Shown here in pieces: positions 40,607 through 49,713 of a stretch of 64,000 nucleotides of DNA (positions are counted from its first letter, which is position 1; each line of letters begins with the position of its first letter). Location: positions 6,604-70,603 of the forward strand of contig JAEUPC010000061.1 of assembly GCA_016789865.1 (NCBI GenBank). The letters run 5' to 3'. Below the pieces are notes generated by a model, which saw only the letters and a program-made list of their open reading frames with translations, searched no databases and was not told where the DNA came from. Both the position numbers and the translations under genes were made by a program. This DNA comes from Rubrivivax sp. GTDB lineage: Bacteria > Pseudomonadota > Gammaproteobacteria > Burkholderiales > Burkholderiaceae_C.

Positions 40607-42303
40607 ACAAAGGCCTGCACGTGGCCGAAACCGAGTTCGCGCCTGAGCGTCGCGCAGATCTCGCCATGGGTGCAGCCGGCCTCGGCGGCCTCGACGACGC
40701 GGCCGAAGACGTTGTCCTGTGGGTCGTTCGCCGCGCGGGCCAGCGCGTCGAGCGCGCTTTGCACGTCGGCCTGCGAACGCGCGGCCTTGAAGGCGCGCAA
40801 GTCCTCGAGGTGCGCGAGCATCGTCGCGCGATCCGGCCGCGCATTGATCGGCCGCGCGCTGCGGTCTTCGTCCATCTCGTAGGCGTTGACGCCCACCAGC
40901 GTCTGCTCGCCGCTGTCGATGCGCGCCTGGAAGCGCCGCGCCGACTCGCCGATCATGCGCTGCACGAGGCCCGACTCGACCGCCTTGTACATGCCGCCGG
41001 CGTCCTGCACGAGGCCCATCACGCGCTCGATCTCGGCCTGCATCCGGTCGGTGAGCGCCTCGACGTAGTGGCTGCCGCCCAGTGGGTCGATGACGTCGGT
41101 GAGATGCGCCTCCTCGCGCAGGATGTTCTGCGTGGCCACCGCGATGCGCGCGCCGAACTCGCTGGGGCAGCTCAGGGCCTCGTCGTAGGCGTCGGTATGC
41201 AGCGACTGAAGGCCGCCGAAGATGCCGGCCATCGCCTGCACCGCCACGCGCGCCACGTTGTTCAGCGGCTGCTGGCGCGTCAGGTCCACGCCCGAGGTCT
41301 GGCCGTGGAACTTGAAGCGCCACGACTTCGGGTCCTTCGCACCCAGGCGCTCCTTCGTCACCTTGGCCCAGATGCGGCGCGCGGCGCGGAACTTGGCGAC
41401 CTCTTCGAAGAAGCTGATCGAGATGTCGAAGAAGAAGGTGAAACGCGGCAGGAATGCGTCGGGGTCCAGGCCGCGGGCGATGCAGTCCTCGGCGTTCTGG
41501 ATCGCGGTGCTCAGCGTGAAGGCCACCGCCTCGGCCGGCGTGGCGCCGGCCTGCTGCATGTGCTGGCCCACCACCGACATCGGGTTCCACTTCGGCACGA
41601 AGCGGTTGCAGAACTGGATGTGATCGCCAAGGATGCGCCGCGCGCCGGGCAGCGCGATGCGAAAGAACATGTGGTTGGCGACGCAGTGGCTGAGGTAGTC
41701 GCTCTGGTTGCTGGTGCCGCTGACCTGCCGCCAGTCGGTGCCGCGCTTCCTGGCCGCGGCCAGCATGAAGGCCAGCAGCGTGAACGGGCTCGGGTCGTTC
41801 AGCGCGCACGAGGTGGCGCCGAGGTCCACCCCTTGCAGCGCGCGGTCCATGTGCCCGGCGGTGTTGACCACCGTGCCGCAGGTGCCCAAGAGCTCGACAT
41901 GCGACTCGTCCATGTCGACGCCGCGGAACACCGAGTTGCACGGGATCAGCGACACCGCGGTGGCGCCGGCACCCAGCACGTCGAGCAGGCGGGCGTTGTA
42001 CTCGGCGGGGGTGCCCAGGCCGATGAGCTGCCGCTGCGTCCAGGTGCGGCCGCGGTGCATGGTGGCGTAGATGCCGCGCGTGTAGGGCGCCTGGCCGGGC
42101 AGGCCTTGTTCGCTTTCGCGTGCGGGGTGCCAGTCGGCGGCGGTGTACAGCGGCTTGATCGGTACGCCCGAGCGGTTGAACACCGGACGGTCGGCGCCGA
42201 TCTGCACCGCGTATTCGTGCTGCCAGCGCGCCAGCGCCGGGTCGGCGTCGCCGGTGGCGCCGTCGGCCACCGAGGCGAGCGGGACGTCGAAGGGCTTGTT
42301 CAT
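40603..42303 (-). CDS. B12-dependent acyl-CoA mutase large subunit, pivalyl-CoA-mutase-like
   Basis: [13 protein letters not shown] (Leu at the MCM Tyr89 position), SHCVAN (Asn at Arg207), [24 protein letters not shown]. Confidence 0.88.
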   Translation of the reverse strand: MNKPFDVPLASVADGATGDADPALARWQHEYAVQIGADRPVFNRSGVPIKPLYTAADWHPARESEQGLPGQAPYTRGIYATMHRGRTWTQRQLIGLGTPAEYNARLLDVLGAGATAVSLIPCNSVFRGVDMDESHVELLGTCGTVVNTAGHMDRALQGVDLGATSCALNDPSPFTLLAFMLAAARKRGTDWRQVSGTSNQSDYLSHCVANHMFFRIALPGARRILGDHIQFCNRFVPKWNPMSVVGQHMQQAGATPAEAVAFTLSTAIQNAEDCIARGLDPDAFLPRFTFFFDISISFFEEVAKFRAARRIWAKVTKERLGAKDPKSWRFKFHGQTSGVDLTRQQPLNNVARVAVQAMAGIFGGLQSLHTDAYDEALSCPSEFGARIAVATQNILREEAHLTDVIDPLGGSHYVEALTDRMQAEIERVMGLVQDAGGMYKAVESGLVQRMIGESARRFQARIDSGEQTLVGVNAYEMDEDRSARPINARPDRATMLAHLEDLRAFKAARSQADVQSALDALARAANDPQDNVFGRVVEAAEAGCTHGEICATLRRELGFGHVQAFV

Positions 42304-42366
42304 CGTGGAAGCTCCGGAAGGCGGAAGGCGGAAGGCGAGGATGCCGGATGCCGGCCGCGCCGCCGG

Positions 42367-42807
42367 TCAGACGGTGGCGCGCCGTGCACGCACGCGGGCG
42401 GCCAGCGCGCGCACACCGGCGGCGATGTCGGGCAGCGGCGTGCCCGGATGGAACACGCGCGCCACGCCGGCGGCGAGCAGCATCTGCTCGTCCTCGTCGG
42501 GCACGATGCCGCCGACGATGACCGCGACGTCGCCGAGCTCGGCCGCGCGCAGGGCCTCCATCAGCTTGGGCACGATGAGGTGATCGGTGGCCAGCGAGCT
42601 GATGCCGATGACGTCGACATCCTCCTCGGTGGCCAGCTTCACCACGGTGGCGATCTCCTGCCACGGCGGCGTGTAGATGACCTCCATGCCGGCGTCGCGC
42701 AGCGCGGCGGCCACCACGCGGCTGCCGCGGTCGTGGCCGTCGAAGCCGATCTTGGTGACCAGCACCTTGGGGATGATGGAAGGGGCGGCGGCGGTGTCGG
42801 CGTTCAT
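42367..42807 (-). CDS. Acyl-CoA mutase small (cobalamin-binding) subunit
   Basis: DGHDRG, GISSL, VGG, FHPG. Confidence 0.93.
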   Translation of the reverse strand: MNADTAAAPSIIPKVLVTKIGFDGHDRGSRVVAAALRDAGMEVIYTPPWQEIATVVKLATEEDVDVIGISSLATDHLIVPKLMEALRAAELGDVAVIVGGIVPDEDEQMLLAAGVARVFHPGTPLPDIAAGVRALAARVRARRATV

Positions 42808-43562
42808 GGCGCGGTGATCTCCTGGTTCTGGCGCAAGAGGGCGGTGAACTGGCGCGCCAGCGCCCGCGGCGACGATGTGCCGTCGGCGCGGTACCAGTTC
42901 TGCGCCCAGTTCAGCGCGCCCAGCAGCATCAGCCGCAAGGCGCGGCGGTCGGTGCGGCGCGGCAGCGGCAAGGCGGCGACGAGCGCGGCCCACAGCGCTT
43001 CGTAGCGGTCGCGCTGCGCCACCAGGCGCGCGGCGGCGCCGGGCACATCGGCGGGGCGCACGCGCACCACCACGCGCGCGTAGTCGTCGTCGCGCAGGAT
43101 GGCCTCGAGGTGCGCCACACAGGCGGCTTCGAGCCGCTCCCATGGGTCGGCAAGCGGCAGCACGGCGGCTTGCGCCGCGCTGCAGATCTGCTCGCAGCCG
43201 CGCAGGTAGACGGCGACCAGCAGGTCCTCCTTGGTGGCGAAGTGGCAGTACAGCGAGCCGGGCAGCATGCCCGCGGCGCCGGCGATCTCGCGCACCGAGG
43301 TGCCTTCGAAGCCCTGGCGGCAGAACAAGCGCGCCGCGGCGTCCAGCACCAGCGGCGCGCGGCTGTCGGTGTGGGCTTGCCGCGAGGCCTTCTCCTTGGA
43401 CTGCCGCAACGCCGGCGTGGGTGCGGCGGCTGCGTGTGCGACCCGCGCCGCGGTGCGCACCGGCGCAGCGCGCGTCACCGCGTGTGCGGAAGGGTGTGCG
43501 GCCGGGCGTGCGGCCGGGGTTGGGGTGCGTGCGGGGGCCTGGCGGGCGAGGCTGCGCGGCAT
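42804..43562 (-). CDS. TetR-family regulator (start uncertain)
   Basis: LDAAARLF..GFEGTSVREIA..GSLYCHFATKEDL. Confidence 0.9.
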   Translation of the reverse strand: MPRSLARQAPARTPTPAARPAAHPSAHAVTRAAPVRTAARVAHAAAAPTPALRQSKEKASRQAHTDSRAPLVLDAAARLFCRQGFEGTSVREIAGAAGMLPGSLYCHFATKEDLLVAVYLRGCEQICSAAQAAVLPLADPWERLEAACVAHLEAILRDDDYARVVVRVRPADVPGAAARLVAQRDRYEALWAALVAALPLPRRTDRRALRLMLLGALNWAQNWYRADGTSSPRALARQFTALLRQNQEITAP

Positions 43563-43627
43563 GGCTCGAACGATGACTGCTGTGGAGTCCCCGGGTCGGC
43601 GGCGCCGCGGGGTGCAGGCCAATATAC

Positions 43628-43641
43628 CAAACAACCGTTTG
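43628..43641. promoter_or_regulatory. Palindromic TetR (PsrA-like) operator in the divergent promoter
   Basis: CAAAC-aacc-GTTTG inside an AT-rich patch. Confidence 0.65.
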
Positions 43642-43747
43642 TTAAAATGCTCCGCGTCGCCCTATCATCGGCGCCATCCCCCCGAACCGACCGCTCGGGT
43701 CCTGTGCGTCACCAGCCACCGGCCTCACGGGGCCGGCGCATCTCGCC

Positions 43748-44953
43748 ATGAGCTTCACCGACATCGTGCTCGCCGCCGGCGCCCGCACGCCCTTCGGCGA
43801 CTTCGGAAAGTCGCTGCGCGATGTGCCGCTGTGCGACCTCGGCGTGCACGTCGTCGAGGCCAGCCTCGCGCGCGCCGGGTTGAGGGGCGCGCAGGTCGAC
43901 CACCTCGTGTTCGGCAACACCGCGCCGGTGGACCACGACGGCCTGTTCGTCAGCCGCAAGATCGCGCTGCTGGCCGGGCTGCCCGAAGACAGCGCGGCGC
44001 TGGGCGTGGTGCGCGCCTGCGGCACGGGTTCGCAGGCCATCGTCAGCGCCGCGCAGCAGATCATGAGCGGCCACAGCGAGATCGCCGTCGCTGCCGGCGG
44101 CGAGAACTATTCGCGCGTGCCGTACCTCGCGCATCACGTTCGCTGGGGTGCGCAGCGCGGGCCGTTCGAGTTCGTCGACGGCCTGGACTACATCTACCGC
44201 TGCCCGTTCACCAAGGAGCTGATGGGCGACACGGCGGAGAACCTCGCCGCTCGCTTCGGCTACACGCGCGAGGCGATGGACGCCTGGGGGCTGATGAGCC
44301 AGCAGCGTGCCGGCGCGGCGACGCAAAGCGGCTTCCTGGCGCGGCAGATCGCGCCGATCGACGTGCCGCAGCCGGTGAAGGGCCAGCCGCCGACGCGCCG
44401 CTTCGAGCACGACGAGTTCCCGCGCCCGCAGATCACGGCCGCGAAGCTGGCGAGTCTGAAGCCGGCGTTCCGCAAGGACGGCCAGGGCAGCGTCACCGCG
44501 GGCAACTCCAGCGGCGTCACCGATGGCGCCGCGGCGCTGGTGGTGGCCAGCGCCGCCGCGGCGCGGCGCGCAGGCCTGCGGCCCGAAGCGCGCCTGGTCG
44601 ACTGGGCCGTGGTCGGCGTGGAGCCGGCGATCATGGGCGCCGGCCCCGTGCCGGCGATCCGCAAGCTGCTCGCACGCACGCGGCTCGCGGTGAGCGACAT
44701 CGACTGTTTCGAGATCAACGAAGCCTTCGCGGTGGTGAACCTGCACGCCGAGCGTGAGCTGGGCATCCCGCGCGAGCGCACCAATCTCTACGGCGGCGGC
44801 ATCAGCATCGGTCACCCGCCCGGCGCCACCGGGCTGCGCATGACCATCACTGCGATGCACCACCTGGCCGACACCGGCGGGCGCTACGCGGTGGTCAGCA
44901 TGTGCCTGGGTTCCGGCATGGGGATGGCCACGCTGATCGAGCGGCTGGGCTGA
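43748..44953 (+). CDS. Acetyl-CoA C-acyltransferase (thiolase)
   Basis: RACGTG, TAGNSSG, NEAF, GHPPGATG, CLGSGMG. Confidence 0.94.
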   Translation: MSFTDIVLAAGARTPFGDFGKSLRDVPLCDLGVHVVEASLARAGLRGAQVDHLVFGNTAPVDHDGLFVSRKIALLAGLPEDSAALGVVRACGTGSQAIVSAAQQIMSGHSEIAVAAGGENYSRVPYLAHHVRWGAQRGPFEFVDGLDYIYRCPFTKELMGDTAENLAARFGYTREAMDAWGLMSQQRAGAATQSGFLARQIAPIDVPQPVKGQPPTRRFEHDEFPRPQITAAKLASLKPAFRKDGQGSVTAGNSSGVTDGAAALVVASAAAARRAGLRPEARLVDWAVVGVEPAIMGAGPVPAIRKLLARTRLAVSDIDCFEINEAFAVVNLHAERELGIPRERTNLYGGGISIGHPPGATGLRMTITAMHHLADTGGRYAVVSMCLGSGMGMATLIERLG

Positions 44954-44974
44954 GCGCAGCGCCGGCCCCAGTTG

Positions 44975-45001
44975 CGGCCCGCATTTCGGAAGTGCGGGCC
45001 A
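44975..45001 (+). terminator. GC-rich hairpin after the thiolase gene
   Basis: ggcccgcattt..aagtgcgggcc stem; no clear U-tract. Confidence 0.4.
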
Positions 45002-45089
45002 CTGGCAGCCTGGCAGCCTTGGCTGCCCCGCACTTACCCGGGGTTGCCGCCGACGGGCGGGGCCGCAACGATCAGGCGTCGTCCTCCGC

Positions 45090-46979
45090 ATGAAAGGCAC
45101 GCCCGTCATGGACACGCTTCCGGCCCGCAAGTTCGCCCCATCGTCTCTTTGCCTGGCTGCCGTGGCCGCCTGCGCGGGCCTGGTCTGCTCGCAGGCGCAG
45201 GCCACCGGTGAACCCGTCATCGAGGGCACGGCCTACCGGGGTGGCGTGGTGTCGGTGGCCAACCCCCACGGCGCCGAGGCGGGCGCGCGCATCCTGGAGC
45301 AAGGCGGCAACGCGATCGACGCCGCGGTGGCCATCGCCTACGCGCTGAACGTGGTGGAGCCGCAGTCTGCCGGCATCGGCGGCGGCGGCTTCATGATGTT
45401 CCACCTTGCGCAGTGGGGCCTGACCTTCACGCTGGACACGCGCGAGAAGGCGCCTGCCCTCGCCACGCGCGACATGTTCGTGGGCGTGCCCAGCGCCTCG
45501 CTGCAAGGCGTGGCCGTCGGTGTGCCGGGCATGGTGCGCGGCACGGCGATGGCGGTGCAGTTCCTGGGGCGCAAGTCGCTGGCGCAGGTGATGGCCCCGG
45601 CCATCGAACTGGCCGACCAGGGCTTCGCGGCCACGCCGCGATTCGTCTCCAGTCCCGCGTGCACCACCCCCACAAGCCGCGCGCTGAACTCGCCCGAGTC
45701 GGCCGCCTATTTCTGCCCCGGCGGCGCGGCCATTCCAGCCGGTACCGTGGTGACCAACAAGCCGCTGGCCGAGACCTTCCGCCTGATCGCCAGGCATGGC
45801 CCGGACTGCTTCTACAAGCACATGCCGGACAAGGGCTGCGACATTGCGCTGGGCATCGTCGAGGGCCAGAAGTTCGCGCGCAGCCAGGCCGGCAGCAAGG
45901 GCGGCAGCATGACGCTGGCCGACCTCGAGGCCTACCAGCCGGCCTTCCGCCCGCCCATCGAAGGCAGCTACCGCGGCTACAAGATCAAGGCGATGGGGCC
46001 GCCTTCTTCCGGGGCGCTGACCGTGCTGCAGATCCTGAAGATGCTGGAACGCTTCCCGCTGGGCGACACCAACGCCGGCTTCGGCTACGGCTCGGTCAAG
46101 ACGCTCAACGTGATGGCCGACGCGATGCGCCTGGCCTTCGCCGACCGCGCCGACTGGATGGCCGATGCCGACTTCGTGCCGGTGCCCGCCAAGGGCCTGC
46201 TCGACTCCACCTACGTGGCGGTGCGCGGCGGGCCCATCGTGCCCGGCGTGATGCTGGCGCCGAACCCGTTGCCCGGTGACCCGCGGCCCTACCAGACCGC
46301 CGGGCTCGAGCCGCGGCAGGCCGCGCTCAGGGGCGCGCCGACCACCGGCCCCGAGAACGGCACGACGCATTTCTCGGTGGTCGACCGCTGGGGCAACTTC
46401 GTCTCCTACACCAACACCATCGAGAGCGGCTACGGCATCGGCGTGTTCGCCGGCTACAAGCGCAACGACGGCACGTTGCGCAACCACGGCTTCCTGCTCA
46501 ACAACGAGCTGACCGACTTCAACACCACGCCCAGCACCAACCGCGTCAGCGGCGAGGTCGGCTACAACGACGTGCAGCCGGGCAAGCGCCCACGCAGCAG
46601 CATGAGCCCGACGATGCTGTTCACGCCCGAGGGCAAGCCGGTGCTGGCCTACGGCTCCCCGGGCGGCGCGACCATCATCAACTCGGTGGTCAACATCACC
46701 ATCAACCTCGTCGACCATGGCATGCAGTTGCAGCCGGCCATCGACGCGGCGCGCATCTCGGTGGCCAGCAGCGCGCCCTCGATCACGCTGGAGACCGCGC
46801 GCCTGCCGGCCGGCACCGGGCCGGCCACCGAGGCTGCGCTGCGGGCGCTGGGCTACACGGTAGGCACCGGCGACGTCGGCTCGGTGCAGATCGTCGCCGT
46901 GGACCCGCGCAACGGCAAGCAGTACGGCGCGGCAGACAACCGGCGGGAAGGCACGGTGATCGGGCTGCCGCGGCACTGA
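45090..46979 (+). CDS. ggt: Gamma-glutamyltransferase (exported)
   Basis: GGNAIDAA, EPQSAGIGGG, GTTHFSVVD, NNELTDF, PGKRPRSSMSP, GSPGG. Confidence 0.94.
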   Translation: MKGTPVMDTLPARKFAPSSLCLAAVAACAGLVCSQAQATGEPVIEGTAYRGGVVSVANPHGAEAGARILEQGGNAIDAAVAIAYALNVVEPQSAGIGGGGFMMFHLAQWGLTFTLDTREKAPALATRDMFVGVPSASLQGVAVGVPGMVRGTAMAVQFLGRKSLAQVMAPAIELADQGFAATPRFVSSPACTTPTSRALNSPESAAYFCPGGAAIPAGTVVTNKPLAETFRLIARHGPDCFYKHMPDKGCDIALGIVEGQKFARSQAGSKGGSMTLADLEAYQPAFRPPIEGSYRGYKIKAMGPPSSGALTVLQILKMLERFPLGDTNAGFGYGSVKTLNVMADAMRLAFADRADWMADADFVPVPAKGLLDSTYVAVRGGPIVPGVMLAPNPLPGDPRPYQTAGLEPRQAALRGAPTTGPENGTTHFSVVDRWGNFVSYTNTIESGYGIGVFAGYKRNDGTLRNHGFLLNNELTDFNTTPSTNRVSGEVGYNDVQPGKRPRSSMSPTMLFTPEGKPVLAYGSPGGATIINSVVNITINLVDHGMQLQPAIDAARISVASSAPSITLETARLPAGTGPATEAALRALGYTVGTGDVGSVQIVAVDPRNGKQYGAADNRREGTVIGLPRH

Positions 46980-47019
46980 GCGGCGCGAGGGGCGGGCCAC
47001 GCCCCCGCGTGTACCGCTC

Positions 47020-47220
47020 CTATCGCAGCCCGGGCGCCGCACAGCCCGCGAGGAAGCGCTGAAGCTCCGCGGCACCGGCGAATTCGTGGCGCTCGCTGGT
47101 CTTGAGGTCCTGCACCAGGTAGCGCGTGCCGTCGGCCAGCACGCGGATGCGCAGCAGGAAGCTGCGATCCGGCGTGCCGCGAAGGTCCACGAACGTGCGG
47201 GGGATCGGGGCAGGGGTCAT
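47020..47220 (-). CDS. 66-aa microprotein (SFLLRI..VQDLKTSERHEF..LQRFL)
   Basis: GGAG RBS; last gene of the minus-strand module; coding-like codons. Confidence 0.6.
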   Translation of the reverse strand: MTPAPIPRTFVDLRGTPDRSFLLRIRVLADGTRYLVQDLKTSERHEFAGAAELQRFLAGCAAPGLR

Positions 47221-47281
47221 CACGTCGCTCCAGGCGTCGCCGCGTCTCGAGGGTGTCGGTCGCATGCCGCGTGGACATCCA

Positions 47282-48565
47282 TCAAGGTTGAACCCGGTAG
47301 CCGGGCCCCACCTCGACGGGCACCGTCAGGTCGGTGACCTCGATGCGCCCGCACTGGCTGGTGAAGTTGCTGCCGAAGCAACCGACGCGGCCGTCCTGCA
47401 GCAGCACCAGCGAGTGGTTCGTGCCGGCGGCGATGGCGGTGGCGCCGCTCAGGTTCACCACCTGCGGCGTGGCCGTGCTCTGCGTGGCGCCGTCGCTGCC
47501 GTTGCCCAGCCGCCCCGCGCTGGCGTTGCCCCAGGTGCGCACGGTGCCGTCGTTGCGCAGGGCGATCGAGTGGGTCTCGCCGGCGGCCAGCGCGGTGACG
47601 CCCAGCAGCCCTGGAACAGTGGTCGGAGCGAGCACGTTGCCCGAGCCCGGCGCGGCCGTGCCAGTCTGGCCGCGCGAGTTCGACCCCCAGCCGAGCACCG
47701 CGCCGAGGTTGGTGCGCGCCAGCGTGTGAAAACCGCCGGCGGCCAGCGCGACGACGCCGCGGCCGTCCAGCGCGGTGACCCGTGTCGGCGCGGCCACGGG
47801 CGCGCTCACCGAGCCCAGGCCGAGCTGGGCGTTGGCATTCCAGCCCCAGGCCCACACCGACCCGTCGTTGCGCAGTGCAAACGAGTGGGCGGCGCCGGCG
47901 GCGATGGCCACCACGCTGTTCAGGCCGGGCACCTGCGTGGGTGTGGTCCGTGATTGATCGTCGCCCTGGCCGAGCTGGCCCACGTCGTTCTGGCCCCAGG
48001 CCCACACCGTGCCGTCGCTGCGCAGGGCCAGCGAGTGGTCCTGGCCGACGCTGATCGCGTTCACCTGGCTCAGGCCCGCAACCGGCTGCGGCGTCGGGAA
48101 CAGGCCGCCGAGGCTGCCGATGCCCAGCTTGCCGTCGGCGTTGGAGCCCCAGGCCACCACCGTGCCGTTGGCGCGCACGGCCACCGAGTGGAAGCCGCCG
48201 GCGGCCACCTGCAGTGCGTCGGCCAGGCCCTGCACCGCTTGCGGTGTGCGCTGCGACGACGCCGAGACGACGGTGTTGCCGAGCTGGCCCGAGCCCTGGT
48301 CGCCCCACGATGACACGGTGCCGTTGGTCCTGAGCGCCAGTGAAAAGCCGTCGCCGGCGGCGACTCGCGGCGTTACCGCGGTCGGCGTGGGCGTGGGGGG
48401 CGGCGGCGTGCCCGGCGCCGGCGCGGGGGCCGGCGCGGCGGGTGCCGCCGCCGGGGCGTCACCACCGCCGCCGCCGCAGGCGGCGAGCGTGGCCATCGCG
48501 GTGGCCAGGAACAGGCGGCGGCTGATGGGCAGGCGCGCGGCGAGCGAGGCAAGCGAAGCATTCAT
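47282..48565 (-). CDS. Tat lipoprotein with Pro-rich tether and RCC1-repeat beta-propeller
   Basis: SRRLFL..LAAC|G; seven IAAGxxHSLAL..DGxVxxWGxNxxGQLG repeats. Confidence 0.9.
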   Translation of the reverse strand: MNASLASLAARLPISRRLFLATAMATLAACGGGGGDAPAAAPAAPAPAPAPGTPPPPTPTPTAVTPRVAAGDGFSLALRTNGTVSSWGDQGSGQLGNTVVSASSQRTPQAVQGLADALQVAAGGFHSVAVRANGTVVAWGSNADGKLGIGSLGGLFPTPQPVAGLSQVNAISVGQDHSLALRSDGTVWAWGQNDVGQLGQGDDQSRTTPTQVPGLNSVVAIAAGAAHSFALRNDGSVWAWGWNANAQLGLGSVSAPVAAPTRVTALDGRGVVALAAGGFHTLARTNLGAVLGWGSNSRGQTGTAAPGSGNVLAPTTVPGLLGVTALAAGETHSIALRNDGTVRTWGNASAGRLGNGSDGATQSTATPQVVNLSGATAIAAGTNHSLVLLQDGRVGCFGSNFTSQCGRIEVTDLTVPVEVGPGYRVQP

Positions 48566-48661
48566 GGTCGAGAGGTCCTTGGCGGGTGAAGGGTCAGCAG
48601 TGCGCTTGGAGGGCGGCCGCCGCGCCTGGCGGGCGGCCGCTGCGGGGCGGTGGCGTGGAGT

Positions 48662-49480
48662 TCAGAGCGGCAGGTCGCTCTTGGGGTACTCGTAGACCTT
48701 GCGTTGCCACGAGTCGCGGCCGTCGCGGTCTTTCAGCACCCAGCCGATGCGGTCGGAGGCCCGCTCGGCGTCGTGCTGCACCTTGGTCATGCCTTCGGGC
48801 TTGGTCGGGCCGCTTTCCCCGCCGGCGGTGGGCACGCAGCGGTCTTCGTGGCCGCGCTTGTCGATGTCCAGCTTCCAGCCGATGCTGACGATGCCGGCGT
48901 GCACGCCGTCGCAATCGGCCCGCTTGGGCGCACCGTCGTTCTTGTCGCAGCGGATGCCGCGGCCGTTGAAGCGCCGGTCACCGTCGAAGCCGGCGGGGCA
49001 TTGCACGCCCTTGCCGGCATCGCCAATGAACACCGGGCCGCCCTCGGGGAAGGCGTGGCGGGTGACATCGGCGGTGTAGCTGTCGGGGCCGTCGGCATCG
49101 GTGCGAGTGCGCTTGACCTGGTAGTCGGTCACGCCCACCGGCAGGCCGGTGAACTGCGGCTCGATCGTCTGGCCACTGGCCACCGCCAGGCACTTGTCGG
49201 CGCCGCGGGTGTCCATCACCACGTTGCCGCTGACGGTGATGCCGCGGGCGCTGAAGACCAGTGGCGAGCAGAGAGGCTTGACGGCGTACTCGGTGGTCTT
49301 GCTGCAGACGAGCTTGCGGTGGTCCTGGCTGATGCGGGCGTCGTAGCCCGCGGGGCACTTCACGCCTTGCTGCTCGCCGGCGTGCGCCGGGGCGGCAGGA
49401 AGGAACGTGGCCGTGGCCAGGGCGGCCAAGGCGGCCAGGGTGTTGAAGGGAGCCAGGGCCGGGTGGCGGTGGTTGCGCAT
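48662..49480 (-). CDS. Secreted Cys-rich protein with an internal duplication; function unknown
   Basis: Signal ending AHA; GVKCPAGYD..LVC and GVQCPAGFD..IRC halves; CAGGAG RBS. Confidence 0.8.
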   Translation of the reverse strand: MRNHRHPALAPFNTLAALAALATATFLPAAPAHAGEQQGVKCPAGYDARISQDHRKLVCSKTTEYAVKPLCSPLVFSARGITVSGNVVMDTRGADKCLAVASGQTIEPQFTGLPVGVTDYQVKRTRTDADGPDSYTADVTRHAFPEGGPVFIGDAGKGVQCPAGFDGDRRFNGRGIRCDKNDGAPKRADCDGVHAGIVSIGWKLDIDKRGHEDRCVPTAGGESGPTKPEGMTKVQHDAERASDRIGWVLKDRDGRDSWQRKVYEYPKSDLPL

Positions 49481-49607
49481 GACGGATATCTCCTGAGCAG
49501 TGGATGAGCCGCGGGCACCAGCGCCCGCGGTCCGGGCTTGGGGCGCTTGCGACTTCTCTGAACTGCCGGGGCGTCGCACTCGCCACGGGTCGCACTGTTC
49601 CGGGTGG

Positions 49608-49661
49608 GCGTCAATGCAGCGTCAATGCCCGCCGCGTTGGCCGCGGCCGGCGCATTGACGC
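49608..49661. promoter_or_regulatory. Putative SARP/BTAD operator: GCGTCAATGC direct repeat at 11-bp period plus an inverted copy
   Basis: Copies at 49608-49617 and 49619-49628, inverted copy at 49652-49661. Confidence 0.65.
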
Positions 49662-49713
49662 AAGGGCTGGCGCTCCTTCGGATGAAGGAGAGCGCGCGCC
49701 GGCCGCAGCGGCT

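Noticed and set aside
40603-42303. Ordinary methylmalonyl-CoA mutase or HcmA annotation
   Set aside because: Lacks RQY/Arg207 (MCM) and RQI (HCM); has Leu/Asn instead
43563-43747. Cobalamin riboswitch upstream of the mutase operon
   Set aside because: No recognisable B12-box by eye; only a TetR-type palindrome
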